A DNA stretch of 64,000 nucleotides, taken from contig OZ260661.1 in NCBI GenBank assembly GCA_965285935.1, forward strand, positions 34,906,001 through 34,970,000, in the 5' to 3' direction. Position 1 is the stretch's first letter, and each line of letters opens with the position of its first letter. Origin of the DNA: Ophelia neglecta (lineage: Eukaryota). Position numbers and translations under genes: made by a program. Below the pieces are notes generated by a model. The model was not told where the DNA came from, searched no databases, and saw only the letters and a program-made list of their open reading frames with translations. This document shows positions 13,421 to 26,860 of the stretch, piece after piece.

Positions 13421-14989
13421 AAGTTAAAGACTTAAAGTCATTTATTGGTGCGTTTCTGCTAGTTCTAATATCTTAGAGATACAGTAACAATACAAATAAG
13501 ATGCATTCTCGTTTATTTTTAACATCACATTATTCCACTGCCGAGTATGAAAACAAAAGTCAACATCGTATTTTCTAGGGTGTATTCCGTCTTCGTGCTA
13601 CGTGGACTAATTAATGTGTGCTTTTTGCTTTGGATCAAATCATGGATCCACCGATGACTCCGTCCCATTCCTACTGAAATCCTGTTTAATCTACTTCAAA
13701 CTTTATTAATCCATAGTCTTCAGGCTTATAACTAAGCTGCTACGATTTATTTGTTATCAGTTAGGGTTTGTCAACCGGATTTGTATACACCTATGTTCAA
13801 CATGTGCACCGAAATAACCGCCATATTAAACAAAAGAAAGTTAAGTAGAAGCAGTAGTGGATCTTTACATAATTTGGAGTGGTTAGCTTTAAATTAGAAC
13901 TGGTACTTTTTCTTAAAATGAACGCATTAATGGTCAGCTGATGACTAATTGATAACTCATGACACATAAGGCATGTTGTCATCTGGAAGCTGTCTGCACT
14001 TGCGTACAAATGTCAGCAACAATTTGATATAACGCATGACTCTTGGAAACCCTTGCTTCTTCCTACTCAGATTTTCAAGTATTAAAAAACAATTTGCAAG
14101 TAGTTCATGTTCAGCAATCAGCGTCTAAATGTTTAACCATTCTTTTGGGTGTTTTGGTGCTATCGAAACTTGCTCTGTATTCTCTGGTCGTTTCGTGGAT
14201 ATTTATGATTAAATCCCAAACACAACAGCCATCTGAAACGGCTCGAAGCGGGCTGCCTGAAAGGCCATATTACCACACTTTGCTCACCCACAGGACAATT
14301 ACCGCTGAGGGGACTATCGAATCCACATACAAATGAATAGGGAGCCTTGTGTGTTATTCAGTCATTGTCTGTAAATGTCGATTGAAAGAGTTACATTCAC
14401 TGTTTATCTTCTTCCCTTGAGTGCCCAAGTCCAAACCCCTACTTAGATGTGTATGTTCGCGTAATATTGATTTGATACTGCAAATATTGTAAATTAAAGA
14501 GTCAAGGAATCAGTGTAGATAAAAATAATGGTGTGTTATATACTCTACAGATTTCAGTCCAAATACCATATTTTAACACCCCTGGTGAGAATTCAACATG
14601 CAAATTATGGGCAGAGCAATAACAAGTGGCGCAATAGAAAAATAACTTTTGTTATTGTCTCTTATGTTAAATAAAGGTTTGCTATCTATTTTAAGGTCTA
14701 TCGCTTTTCAAAATGAAGGTTTTCGGAAAAAAAATAATTATGAAGTCACCTCTGACACAGACAATCAGGACTGCTTCAGCTTGCAATTCCTTTGGACATG
14801 GAGCATCACACTGTGTCCCTTGTGGCACTTTCTCAGTGAGTCAGGGACAGGACAAAACATCGATACTATGTTGTATTGCCCATCACGGCACTGCTAATGG
14901 CTCGAGCCTGAGCTGTGATTCACCGTGTGACATAGTCGGTGCCCGTTCTCTGAAATGGCGCCTGTGGTTCTTTCTGCTTCTTTCTGGTT

Positions 14990-15250
14990 TAAATTACCTA
15001 TTAGTCTAATTATGCAATTTTTGGATTTGGAAGGTCATATGGGTATAACTAGATTTGTCATGTCTGAAAGGTGAAAACCCCAGAGCAATGTACACGGGCT
15101 ATGCAAGAGCACAGATTCGTCCGTTTACACTATGAACAGATAATGTTGATGTCACCTGCATTTTTCACGATGTCGGATTATCAGTTTAAGAATTGATCGG
15201 GATCTTTATGAATTCTTATCCTAAATATTGAAGATACTGTGTATCCATTG
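14990..15250 (-). mobile_element. APE-endonuclease fossil (LINE)
   Basis: AGDINII...MTNLVIP...IIRLIGN resembles GDxN...LxNLVxxPTR...LIDLIxTN. Shares GTTGATGTCACCTG with the 13.26-kb fragment. Confidence 0.5.
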
Positions 15251-17409
15251 ACATTTGAGTAATTCAGTGTTTGAATTGTGTTCAGTTTATGTAGAGACTA
15301 TTTGCTGAGCCCGATCGAGCACAGCATCCCACATTTGGAACATCTTAGACATGTTGTATATTGAGTACAGTTTATATCATTCATGAAACTTGTTATTTAT
15401 TCTTACGAATCTTTCCTTTAATTGTCTTTAGCCACCCCGATATACCAAATTTACCAAACACTCTGCATTCTTTTATGTAGTTCCTATTGAAGCTGAGTCC
15501 TGATATCATAACTGTAAGGAGACCCGCATTATCTATGATCGAACCCCATAAGTATTTCTCCACAATGCTTTAGCTAAACCATGTTATCTATATAGTATAC
15601 CTCTGCAAAGGTAAAGATATAGGAACATTTGAATATGAGATAATCACATGCATATACGAAAAACGGGGGTGGACACCAAGCAGACGAAGCAAATGGGATC
15701 GGTCTATTTTTTGATTAATATGAATCAAGGTATCTTTTAAATGAAGATGCCATATTCTTCCCCATAGGTTAATTCTTGTATAGGTCGGAGAGTTTACCAG
15801 ACTGAATGCGTAATATCACGTTTTGATACGCCAAAGGCATCGAAATACTGGACCTGGGGTAAATCCAATACTATTAGGCAACATCGAATTAGCACCAAAG
15901 CAGCAAAACGTGTTGGTACTGACACTTGAAACATACCCCAATTTGTAATTAGACCTAGGGCCTGCTTTTGCGTCCAACTTTTTTGATTTACAATGAAACC
16001 TCTTTCTGGTGGTCCGAGCATACTGGCTGACATACAGTATTTAAACACTAATTGGCCAGTCTTCGTCAATATAAGAACTAGGCACGGTTGATGCTTTGTA
16101 GAAATATGATGATTGACTTAGAATTCATATGCTGAGAGGTATGTTACTATCGAAACCTCTACAACTAGGAATTTGATATCTCCCATGTTTTTTCGATATA
16201 AACGCTGTATGCTGTGTTCCGAGGCGTTGTATCAGGATCATTAATAAAGGTTATGGGCACCCATTATTATTAAGCATGATCTAAGTTACCATTTCACCTG
16301 GTGAATAGCTAAGCCGCGTGTACTGTCATGGAACACAAGCGCCGTGTTAAAAACTATGTAATATAAGGCTGTTGTGTGAGATATTTCATCGCTCAACTAA
16401 GTTGTGAAAAACCGTACAGCATTTTTGAAACACCACCTTAAACTATGCCTTGTTACTAAAGTAATAACGCTTATTTTAGTTTATACTCCAAAAAGTTGTA
16501 TTTCCTCACTTGGTTTCATTGCTTTATATTATGGATATTAGTATCATGTGTACTTTGTACTGCATGAATATTCTGTTAATTCGATGCACTTTATGCACCA
16601 TTTGCGTAGCACATTATATTGTATGATTAATAATGAGGGCACATGACACGCTAAAATTTGTCAACATTGTCCCATTTCCATGAATAGTACATAATGTGAA
16701 TAATAAGTTGGCGGAAGTTAATGCCCTCTCCGAAGAGATGACATGAAGGTGATGCCGTGTGACATGTTTATTTGAGCTAGACATGTGGTTCTTAAAGACC
16801 TGCGAACACCTGTATCTTCACTCGATAGAAGTTAAAACAGTTTTAATATATTTAAACAGTTTATTTACAAATATCAACATTATACAATGGTGTTGTTTCA
16901 AATGCCGTTAAATTAGCCTATAATTATATATCCTAAATGGTACCAGTGTACAGAAGTACAAAACTCGAACCTTAGTCTGCGTGAATACACAGTGCTTTCT
17001 TATATATATACATATGTTATTAAGTGTTTTCTTATCCTGTAAATTTAACACATTTATTAATTTAGTATTCATGTTTTTTGTGCGAATATATCCAACTTTC
17101 AACTGTCTGTCCCTAAAATAATTATATCGGTCGCATTCCAATATAAAGTGCTCCCCAGTTTCTATTTCATTACATATAAATCACACCCTCTGATTATAGG
17201 CTATGTCATACCAATAACCTACTGTACATCTACGGCGGGGCGATGATAACGGAGTCTTAACCGGATCATGACAAGCAAATGTCTGCTATCCAAAATATAC
17301 TTAGCATGGCATTTGTAATTTATCGATACTTAAGTATATGAGCAAAGGGGTTTTACTACTCTAAGTCTCTGTTTGACCAAGTTAAATTAGGAGAAATCTG
17401 ACATGGTTT

Positions 17410-18000
17410 TATCATAGACATAAATGGGTTTTATTATATGGGTCCGCTGTTAACTAATAAATCAACTTTGTTGGCAGAATTTAGAAGGTCATGACCATGG
17501 GAAGCCCATGATAAATATTCTTAACGCTTCCAGTTGTCCAATACAAATCTTAATAGTTTATGATTGGTTTTATTACAATCCACCATCCGAAAATGATAAT
17601 CTGCGAATATATGTATTTGCAGCCTTATTGTCAAAATTCCTAATTCTAAAAGTAACATCTGTAGAAGTACAGTTCTTGGGATTGAACATTTCTATTATGA
17701 GATCATTATTAAAAGTAATGATGTCTTTACATTGCTGCCATTGTCAAACCTCTGAACAATATAAAGGGTACAACTAACACTTCGAAATCTTTGAACTTAT
17801 ATATTGGCGTTGTATACCAATATTTATGTATTTTGTCAAGACAACAAGTCCTTCATATGGGGTTCTGAGCAGCCTACTATTGATAAGAAGTGTTATCACA
17901 AGGAATGTAAATGCAGATAGAAAGCGTTATAAAAAGCTAATTCAATTTTCGAAATAGGCTGTATCATATTGGAAAAGGTCTTCTAACTGGTTTCTAAAAA
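17410..18000 (+). mobile_element. APE-endonuclease fossil (CR1/L2-like)
   Basis: ILIV...YYNPPSE...VQFLGLNI...TTNTSKSLNLYI...GSEQ follow the order YRPP / GDxN / TR..T.ID / SDH. Confidence 0.48.
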
Positions 18001-18574
18001 GTGAACAGGATCTGGGAAAAAATAATATATTAGCGTTCACACCAATACCATCAAAGTAACCCCCTTGCTCCCCTGGCTTATTTATCATGATACGATGTAG
18101 ACTTGTGTACATTTGCGCCAAACGACTCTCGTTATATGTCAAATTTACACCAGCTCCTTGTAGTAAGATACGGATCGAGGCATTCCGCCTCATAGATCTC
18201 CGATGCTGCTGTGCAGTGCCAGATAACACATATTTCGCTGAATTAGATAGCTGAAACGGTACATCAGCAAACTTAATGCACAGATTGTAAACTCAGTAAA
18301 AAAAAAACAAGCGGAGAAAAAGGTATGGTTCGTTTATGTAACAAATCGCCTCGGGACTTGTGGATTCCAATAATGTATTTCATCATGCATTAGGAAGGTC
18401 AATGTACATTTGATGAATCTATGTAGAACTTTTCATGTATAGGTTAAAAAAATATGCCATTGTTTTTAACATCTATGCAGTAAAAAGTTGCCTGGTTCAC
18501 TTTCCATAGGTAACCTTATATAGCACAATCGAAGAGATTTAATACCTGTTTCCTCTTTAGTATGCATGGACACT

Positions 18575-19330
18575 TTGCAACCCTTTCGGTCTCGTATTCA
18601 TTGAGATAATTCTTCAGTAGTACTCTACATACATGGCGAAACAAACATTCATTTTTGTATACAGTTTATTTTCTAAACCGCTAATATATATTTCACCACA
18701 ATAAGATCATAAAGGTGCATATGAGGTAAATTCAACAGTTGTGATCTCATGTCTTATCTTTTCATACTGTAAAGCTAATATTTTCGGGTTCGCTCATCTT
18801 ATATTAACACATTAAGCCATTCCCCTACATAGTGAAGAGGGCCATTCAATTATGGTTGCAAAGGTTGCATGCCTTGATGCAATGAAAGGATTTTAATCAT
18901 CTATGCATTATTGAAGGACTGTCAAGGTAAGTTCTGAAGTGAAGCTATCCGTTCGCATGTCCAAGCAAATTCTTCTAGATATGAATTAAAGATAATACCA
19001 GTTATGTTTACAATTTTCATTTGGCAAGAAAGAATTGATTCGTCTCTCCAAAACAAGATCGCACTATCATGATGAAGGTTTAAATATGCGCATTTTAGTG
19101 ACAAAAATTCCTTAATGACATTCTTGTTGAACAAGGCGTTAACCATTATCAAGGAATTTGCTATGAATGCATAATTGTATCTGCCAGCCATTTTTATATA
19201 GCTACCAACGCGATTGTGTTCAAAAAATGTGCGCGCATATGGGCATATTGTGCATAATAACACATAAACCTTAACGGGAAATTATGTTGCGGTGAAAATC
19301 CCTATAATCTGACTTAAAGAAATCCCAGAC
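18575..19330 (-). mobile_element. Penelope-like element (Neptune-type) fossil: GIY-YIG endonuclease plus 3' hammerhead-like motif
   Basis: The minus frame (ORF 18922..19263 extended) reads VYVLLCTICPY...VGSYIKMAGRYN...EEFAW...LQNLP. This matches the PLE GIY-YIG pattern VYxIxCxxC..Y-VG-T..R..H / E.FW..L..L.P.GLN. It is followed by CTGAAGA...GAGACC-GAAA at 18584-18617. Confidence 0.68.
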
Positions 19331-22239
19331 GATTGCCCGAAACGATATATTTTATTGACAAGTTGTTCGGCTAAAAGATTGGTCTTTTTCATCAATACTC
19401 TAATCAGCATAAAGGCCATCGTCGAATTCAATAATGTTTGAAAACTTTTTATCCCCTATCCGAGCTGAGTTACGACTAGATCAAGGCGAAGTTATTTGTG
19501 GTGAATAATAACTTTCCCAGATGACAACATTACAGGTAACCGATTGGTGAATAGAAACACCTAAAAAGCATGGATTATTTGCTGCTGGACTATGTTATAA
19601 GTAGTACTTTTGTCAAGTCTATGATTCATTTATATTGGAAATCCGCAAAAGCTAATTCTTCAGTCTTGGTATCAGTTGCTTAGAAGGTGATCCAGTTTGT
19701 CCGCTTATTGTAATTCTGCCTCTACTAAAGTTGTCTATCTTGTAAACTAACTGGATTGCTGACCTAACGGGTGAGCGTGCCCTGAGGCCTCTCAGTGGGT
19801 ATCTTCGTATATCAACTAAACTAACATGCACACGATGGGCCAAATGATCTGGCGAGGCCTTGGCCTGCCCGTTGAGAAGGTCAGTAAGGCAGGTTTACAC
19901 ATCGTCAGTCAAATGTGTGTTTTCAGAAGTGAAAATAATTCAACTGACAGGCATGTTGATAAACATGTGAAGACTGATGTCTTTAGACATCTTGTTAATC
20001 CGCGACCTTTAGCCTCAATTGCCCTTCATTTTTAAGGGGAGGGAAAATTAACTGTATTACAAATGTATAACAAGTTTGCCCCCTTTTTGAAGGATTTCTG
20101 CTAATTGACCATGATACGCAGTTTCTACCTCTTTTAGAGCAGGAAGCTTAGCAATATTGACGCTGACCAATTTGAAACCAGAAATCAAATTTGTTTGGCT
20201 CCAAAAGGTAATTCTTTTATTGTTTTTATAAATGCTACTGCAGAACTAGCTATTGACAGCCAGTAGCAACTATTTTCCAGGTCGGGTTTTGACCTTATTA
20301 TTTTTCACCTAATTCCTTATAGTGAGGGCTTCTGTAGATGAAAGCCGCCTTATCTGAACCTGGATTTGGGTCAGTCATCAATAAGAAGGGCATACGGGCT
20401 CATTTAATAGAGATTGCGCATGCTACATGGAAATAAGACCTTCAGTGAACGTCCTGGATACATGGGTTTGCAGGACAGTCTCATTCCCCCGAAATTACTT
20501 GTACTGTGCGTATTGGCGAATTATTTTATTATAGGGATTTTGTTAGTCCTTCATCTATTTCAAAATCCATTAAGGAAATTTGCATGTCGATCACTAACCA
20601 CACGTCATCTTCCATCCACTTGCTTCCGTACCCGCAGTGCTTCAATATCGTCTTGAAGGATATGTTCCAATGCCCCCTGCGGCCCACATAAGGAACTTGG
20701 ACGACTATAATCCGGCCATATTAATATACATGTATATTATAGACATTAAGCAATCAACATAGTGGAGAACTTTCACCTTCACCTCAGCGGCATTATATAA
20801 GTCCAGTAATAATCTGTTCCAATGTTGAATATTTTCCAAAGTAATTAATTAGCTTTAAAGCTAGTAAGTCAATTAACGCAAAGGAAAATAGGCAATTCAT
20901 CATGACGTTAATCTCTTTTCAAAGATTATTAAGTAGAAAAACACGTGCCCTTGAGATCACAGCAAAGAAAAGCTTGTTGAAAATAGTTAGGTTCGTTTAT
21001 CGCAATAGACCTACCAATAAAGTCATTTTTAGAGAGCTTGATTTGATGGAAATGTTATTTCCCAGTTCATTGCTTTACGTCTAGGCATCCGATTAGAAGA
21101 TAATTTTGTTAAATAAAGCCTCATTCTTCTAGCAAGTATGCTGAAAAGGAAGGATGTAATTCGGGTTGACAATCCAATAATTGTGCCTAGCACTGTTTTG
21201 TTTTTTATGGGTACTTTTCAAAACCACTCAAGTTTAGACTTCGTTTCTTACCGTGGAATGTGTAGTAATGGATATTGCCTCATTTAACTGGCCTAGGACA
21301 CATAATCTTTGTTTGCCTCCTCGGAAGTAAGTAGCGGTGGGTTTATTTGGCATCTCCCATTGGTCCATACTTTAAGGGAATAGCACAACATAGCCTTACC
21401 ATATATTCATTTGCCACTTGGTGGTGCGCTTGCAACTGTTACCATCACCGAATCCTGGATAAGAACAACAGAAAGGACAGGGGAAATTACTAGACCAATT
21501 GAAAAAAAGTATTTCCTACACAGATCGTAACATTTCGAATGTAACAGCAGTGCTCATTGGATGAAGTGTCCCATCTTGGAGAACAATGAAGAATCTATTA
21601 GTATGTTCCTCCTTGCACATATCTTTGCACTTCGACCGTGTAACTGTGAGTTGACTGATTTTCTTCTCTCCAGGAAAGCCCTCCTTCAGCTCAAAATGTC
21701 GAATTCACGACATAAGATAAACTACTGTTAAATTTTTTTTTTCAGAAGATCGTTTTGCCTTAAACTCAGCAAATAGTGTGCCTTACATAAATGGTGCTTT
21801 GATATAATACTTGTGGGATGTTTTAACATTTCCAATGCAACAAAATCGACAAATGTTCTGCTTATCATTTCCACCATTTGTAAATCGAAGCCATTTTAAC
21901 AGTTAGTTTACGAGTCTCCTCGCCAAACAAATGTTAAGTAAGTATGTGCTGAACATGCTTTCTAAATATTGACATGACATATAAGATGTCCAAGGTGAGT
22001 TTCATATGCAGTCTGCAACGTTTCACTTGACATGCGCATTATCCCGATAATTTCTCCTTTGACCTACTTACCAGTTCGCCATGTTGTCAGACAGGGCAAT
22101 ATTGATAGTAAGCCTCCATTCATAAAAATGTATAATTTGTTCTGTCACTTCTAATCTACTTCTAATGATTAATAAGACTGTCGAACAAAGCCGGAGACCC
22201 TTGGTACAATTTATCCGCTTCAGCTTGGACGGTTCACAA

Positions 22240-22420
22240 AAAAGGTGTGTTTAGAAGTCTATGGAGTGATTCAACAATTGGTCACGCTCAAGAGAAAGAA
22301 TTAGAGACCTACCATTATTTCCAGAAACAATGAAAAAACCGACATTCTGCAAATGTGAATAGTAAAGTCAGACTACCACATCAAAGGGGGATGTTTATAT
22401 ATATTAAGAAACACAGCCAG
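22240..22420 (+). mobile_element. Possible APE N-terminal fossil
   Basis: FRSL...PET...KGGCLYILRN in the order RSL / ETW / GGGVxIY. Weak. Confidence 0.33.
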
Positions 22421-22526
22421 CCGTACATGGTTACCCATAAAGCATTGCTTTGCGTCCAGAATGTTCAGCGGGGTAGCATTATATAACTAACGGTAGTTCC
22501 CAGTACTTTCAATTCATGGCCAAATA

Positions 22527-22765
22527 CCGCTATAGGTCATCGCCTGCGGCGGCGTTGTTAGTATGCCAACTACGTGGGGTGTCTTCCCGTCGTTCTTTGT
22601 GGCGGAAACTAATAATGGTTTGCGGCATCTGCATTATGGGCAGAATGTCATGCAGCATGGCGTGAATTAACATTGCTTTCCATGACAACATATGCTAAAG
22701 TCTGTAGTTTTGGGGCTGCACCAGATTTAATGTTTCATTATGAATCTCATCCGCGATGATACGCA
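22527..22765 (+). repeat. Dispersed repeat, copy 2 (paralogous to 6620-6860)
   Basis: Same words in the same order and orientation as copy 1, with scattered substitutions and small indels. Confidence 0.9.
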
Positions 22766-24104
22766 AATTCAGCGCAGAAATTGACCACGTATGGGTTCTT
22801 ACTGTGTTAGAATCTTAGGCCGATGTTTACCAAAGTCCTTATAATACTTACCCGCATGATAAATTAACAGTCTGGGTTGGAGTTTACTGTGGACACACTT
22901 ACTACCTGTGCTTTTTCTAAAAATCGTCGCCTTGTTAAAATAATCCAGCCAGTCATCAGCTCCTACATGTTTTCATGCACCAATATGACCATGGTTATAA
23001 TTGTAAGCTTATATCTACCATATAGGCCCTCCCGGTTAACTGACACTATCAATCAACATTGCTTTCCATAATCAATCCCCTCTGAGTATAATGTCTAATG
23101 GTATGAATCACGTTCGACTTTTTTGATGCATGCTACTTTCAAGACAGTGTTTTCAGTATTAACATAGCCTTTATATTCTACTTCACGTAGTAGTGCTTAA
23201 CTGGTTTATAAAAACAGGAAAAATGTATTAAAGTTTCTTGTTAATAGGGTGTTACGATTTAAACAGTCCAAGTCACATTAAGATAAACCATATCTTGCAT
23301 CATGAAAGCTTGACTCATTTTACAATTATGATGGAACTGTTACTTTACTGTTTGTTTTGAGATTCGGATATGTCTCACGCTAAGAGATACTAGAAGGACT
23401 GAGCAGTTTTGCCTTATGTAAATACATTGAAGGCGCATTTCCGCTCGTCAGTTATGTTGTTATAATATTATCATTACCCATACGGGTTACCACTAGATAA
23501 AAGAAAATGGACTCAAATAAGATAAGGCTTGTATTTGTAGCTTAGGGAAGAAGTATGATGAGCTGATTCATAGTAGCAATGACTGACTTTTCCTGGTCCA
23601 CCGGGTATTCTTCCACGTTAGACCAATCATTAAAGGTATAACAAATGGACGTCATGACTAAACTGGGCAGGGTTATCAACTAAAGACTAGCGTATTTGTT
23701 TTAAAGAAATCCTAGAGTAAAAGTTATCGCATTCAGCTAAAAGAGGGACATCAAGGTGCAACATATGATTATGTTAATTTCAGTTGTACATGTTTGCCTT
23801 TTTGGTATTTCCATCAAAATCTGACTAAAGACAATGACGCCTAATCAAGGGCAGACCGTTCAAAACTCCGCTTATTCAAGAAACATTGTGTCCAGCAAGC
23901 CAAAGGAGCATAACTGTTATATACTGTGAATTTTTTAATATATCAATCTCATATATTTATCTTTATAAATGCATGTTATTGCTTTCAGATTGTATGTATA
24001 TACGTACGTTTCTTGCCTTTTACCAATTATTTACCTATTTTCTTGAGCTGGCGATTTCGCAGTATTCAGACTGTTAAGTGATTAGTCTTGGGTTAATGAA
24101 TAAC

Positions 24105-24298
24105 GTAGTATGCGGGGCACCCACTCTCGTTTCCCACGGTATAAGGTTGGGTCAGTGGGGCCGGAATAATATAACGGGGAGGACCATTAAACACGAAGCT
24201 TTGTTAAAGTGTTAAACCTACTGTCCCATCGGAATTGAACCCGTGCTGTTGATCGGCTCGCCCGAATAATCCAATGTGCTTAAAACCTACGCCAGTCC
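24105..24298 (-). mobile_element. tRNA-derived SINE (degenerate)
   Basis: The minus strand has an A-box-like TGGCGTAGG (24286-24294) and a B-box GGTTCAATTCC (24231-24241) at Pol III spacing, followed by a non-tRNA body. No clean cloverleaf. Confidence 0.6.
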
Positions 24299-25311
24299 TT
24301 GCATATGACATTTCTGCTCGTTTGTTTTATAAAACATTGTGCCTAAGTTTGGCATGGGAGAGTTTAGATCATGGCTTTCTTTTCAGACGGAGTGTTCAAA
24401 AATACGTTTTCAGATTGCTAGTACTAGATAATACATTTATGACAACCTTGTTCTCTTTTCTTGGGCTTAACAATATTTTTTGTCTAGTTAATAATAAAAG
24501 AGGTGTCAAATTACCTCATTTTTATTTGAATCTCCTGTGACGGCTCTGTGCAAAATCGTTTCCACATTTGATAATGCATTGTGTAAAGTCCTTCGGAAGA
24601 ATATCGGGTATTTACCTACCGCGGCTTACATTGCGGCCCGCTTTTTCCGCATGTTTGCTACGAAATAAAGATATTTATGGGAAATACGTTGCCTGGTGCT
24701 ACAAGGCTGGAAAAAAGTAACTTTAATAGAATAGTCGCCAATCGCAGGGAGGATTCTGATCTGGCATGGATATCAACCGTAGTAGAAGCCAAAACAGAGC
24801 GGGTCTAAACAAATCAATTTGGCATTCAATTGCACAAAAAACGTTCAAATCGATTGGCTGAAGTCATTCTTCGGCAATTTTGCAATTCAATAAAAGAACG
24901 CTTCACCTTTGGCATGCCTTACTAGGATATAGGAACGTCGGTGTAACCAAATCATTTTTAATTACAACTCCTTTGTGGTGAAGCAATGCTAAGATGTCAT
25001 TGTCGAATTTTTAGGAGTTTAGCCTAAAGCTCTACCAAAACAATTTGAAGGGTTGTCTCCATTGACAATTATCTACCTTTTTCTAAACTCTAAACTATCA
25101 ACCTCCGTCGTTTTCATGTCACAATTTATTCATTCTACAACTCAAATGTACGAACCTGATACACACTGATATGTATTACTGCCACATGCCCGTATTAAGT
25201 GCACAAATAATGACAACCTTAAGCATTAAGAGTCATACACTGAATGTTCGGCACGTAAGCAAACCATGGGCACTACGAATGATGTGATGAGCACAACTTT
25301 CCATTCTTGAA

Positions 25312-25315
<4 letters not shown>

Positions 25316-25365
<50 letters not shown>
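25316..25365. repeat. (AT)n microsatellite, about 25 units
   Basis: Uninterrupted AT dinucleotide run. Confidence 0.98.
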
Positions 25366-25367
<2 letters not shown>

Positions 25368-26279
25368 TTTGTTTTATTGGAAAACAGGGTTATGGGCTGT
25401 TTCTATAATCGTTGTTATATATGTGAGTGTTTGTACATGACCGTGAAACTTTCCTAAAAAAACTCCCATAAGCATCTTTTGGTTGCTGCTTTTTGGGTGT
25501 ACAAATTGGATTTGTGTTTGAAAAATATAATAAACCATTGGTTAGACCTGGATAAAATAGTAGGACCTCACCCAAATGAAAACCTGCTTCAATTTGCTGT
25601 GACATTCTCACTTTATAAGCGCTCGGAAAAAAGCCGACTTCATAAATTTTATCAGACATGTGCTTTGAGCCTTACATTTCTTAATATAATTACCTCTTCG
25701 GTTGCTCAAGCTACTTCTGCTGTCCCAAAAAGCTACAATCTCACACGTGTTTATGTGGCCTTTAAAACCAATTAACTGACTGTGTACACAGCCTCGAGCA
25801 AAGTTATTTTATTGGCCCTGCCCAACGGCATATCGATAACCGCTGAACAGTCGTTTCCGCACCGTCGTTTATTTATACCCTTAATGAATTTGTCAGTGTC
25901 TTTACAAGTGTATTAACGTTCTGGAGAGGGTCGAGCGGCATGTTCGGGCCTTCGCCAGTATAGTTTGTGACGCGGTGACTACAAATGCGAACTGTGTTTA
26001 CCGGCCATGTAAAGCTGAACAATTTACATCATAACAGTACACTAATTTGTTTGCATACTGTACGAGCACAACGCTTGATGTGACAATTTGGCGAATGGGC
26101 GAGGGACACACTGATCACTGCCAAAAAGTTTTCCGGTCTATGTATATAAATAGTAATCTTCTTGCTTATTGATGTAGCCTCAATGAGCCATTTTTGTCTT
26201 CAAACATAACACTAATTGCATGAAAATTAAATTACAATTACAAAATACATTTTGTGTGGAGGTCACATGCCACATCACT

Positions 26280-26860
26280 AAAACAGAGCTTCAAAATTAT
26301 TCATTTTAAGAAGGGCTTGTTGAAGTCGTAATCAAATAAAAAGAGAAGCGGCAGAGAAGCAATATCATTAAACCAGCAAGGAACCAACAGCCAGAGGTAT
26401 ACAAAGCGACATATATCATAACCAGATTCTCAAATGCAAATAACCTTTTATGCGAATAAAATATTAATAACATTCAATAGATAGATCTGGCAATGAAAAA
26501 TAGTTAACAGTTTTCCCAAGCACAAAGCGAACATGTCATTATTGTAAAAACTAAAGAAAAACAATGACCCAATAAACACAAGGCCAAAGTAGGTAGTTAA
26601 AGGTTCCTGCAGAGAAAGTGGATTACAATAATTCCATTCATCCTGGAACGCCTTGAAATAACCTGACATGTCCTTGAGCCCTGAACCGACATTGTAAGGT
26701 GGTTGACAGCCGACTCTGGAGTATATCAGCAATAAACAATCTGCCGGATCTGTTAACAATAAAGAAGGCGGGTGGCGTTTGTTTTGAAATATCCTGAGTG
26801 ATTTGACCTCTATGGTGCCAAAACGCCGCTAGTCAAGTAACGCAGTTATTGAGATGTAAT
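26280..26860 (+). mobile_element. Penelope-like element 3' fossil (two GIY-YIG C-terminal remnants plus degenerate hammerhead)
   Basis: KRSGREAISLNQQG...HI/YNQIL at about 26340-26430 and ADSGVYQ at about 26710-26730 resemble the PLE tail KRxIREAIxI..NRDxGxYxLxxIYxxIL. CTGAGTGA..GACC..GGTG..AAAACGCC follows at about 26794-26828. Confidence 0.5.

Noticed and set aside
24220-24298. Functional tRNA gene
   Set aside because: The acceptor and anticodon stems do not close; better explained as a SINE head.
26085-26110. HDV-like J4/2 word GGCGAATGGG
   Set aside because: No upstream P1/P3/L3 elements.
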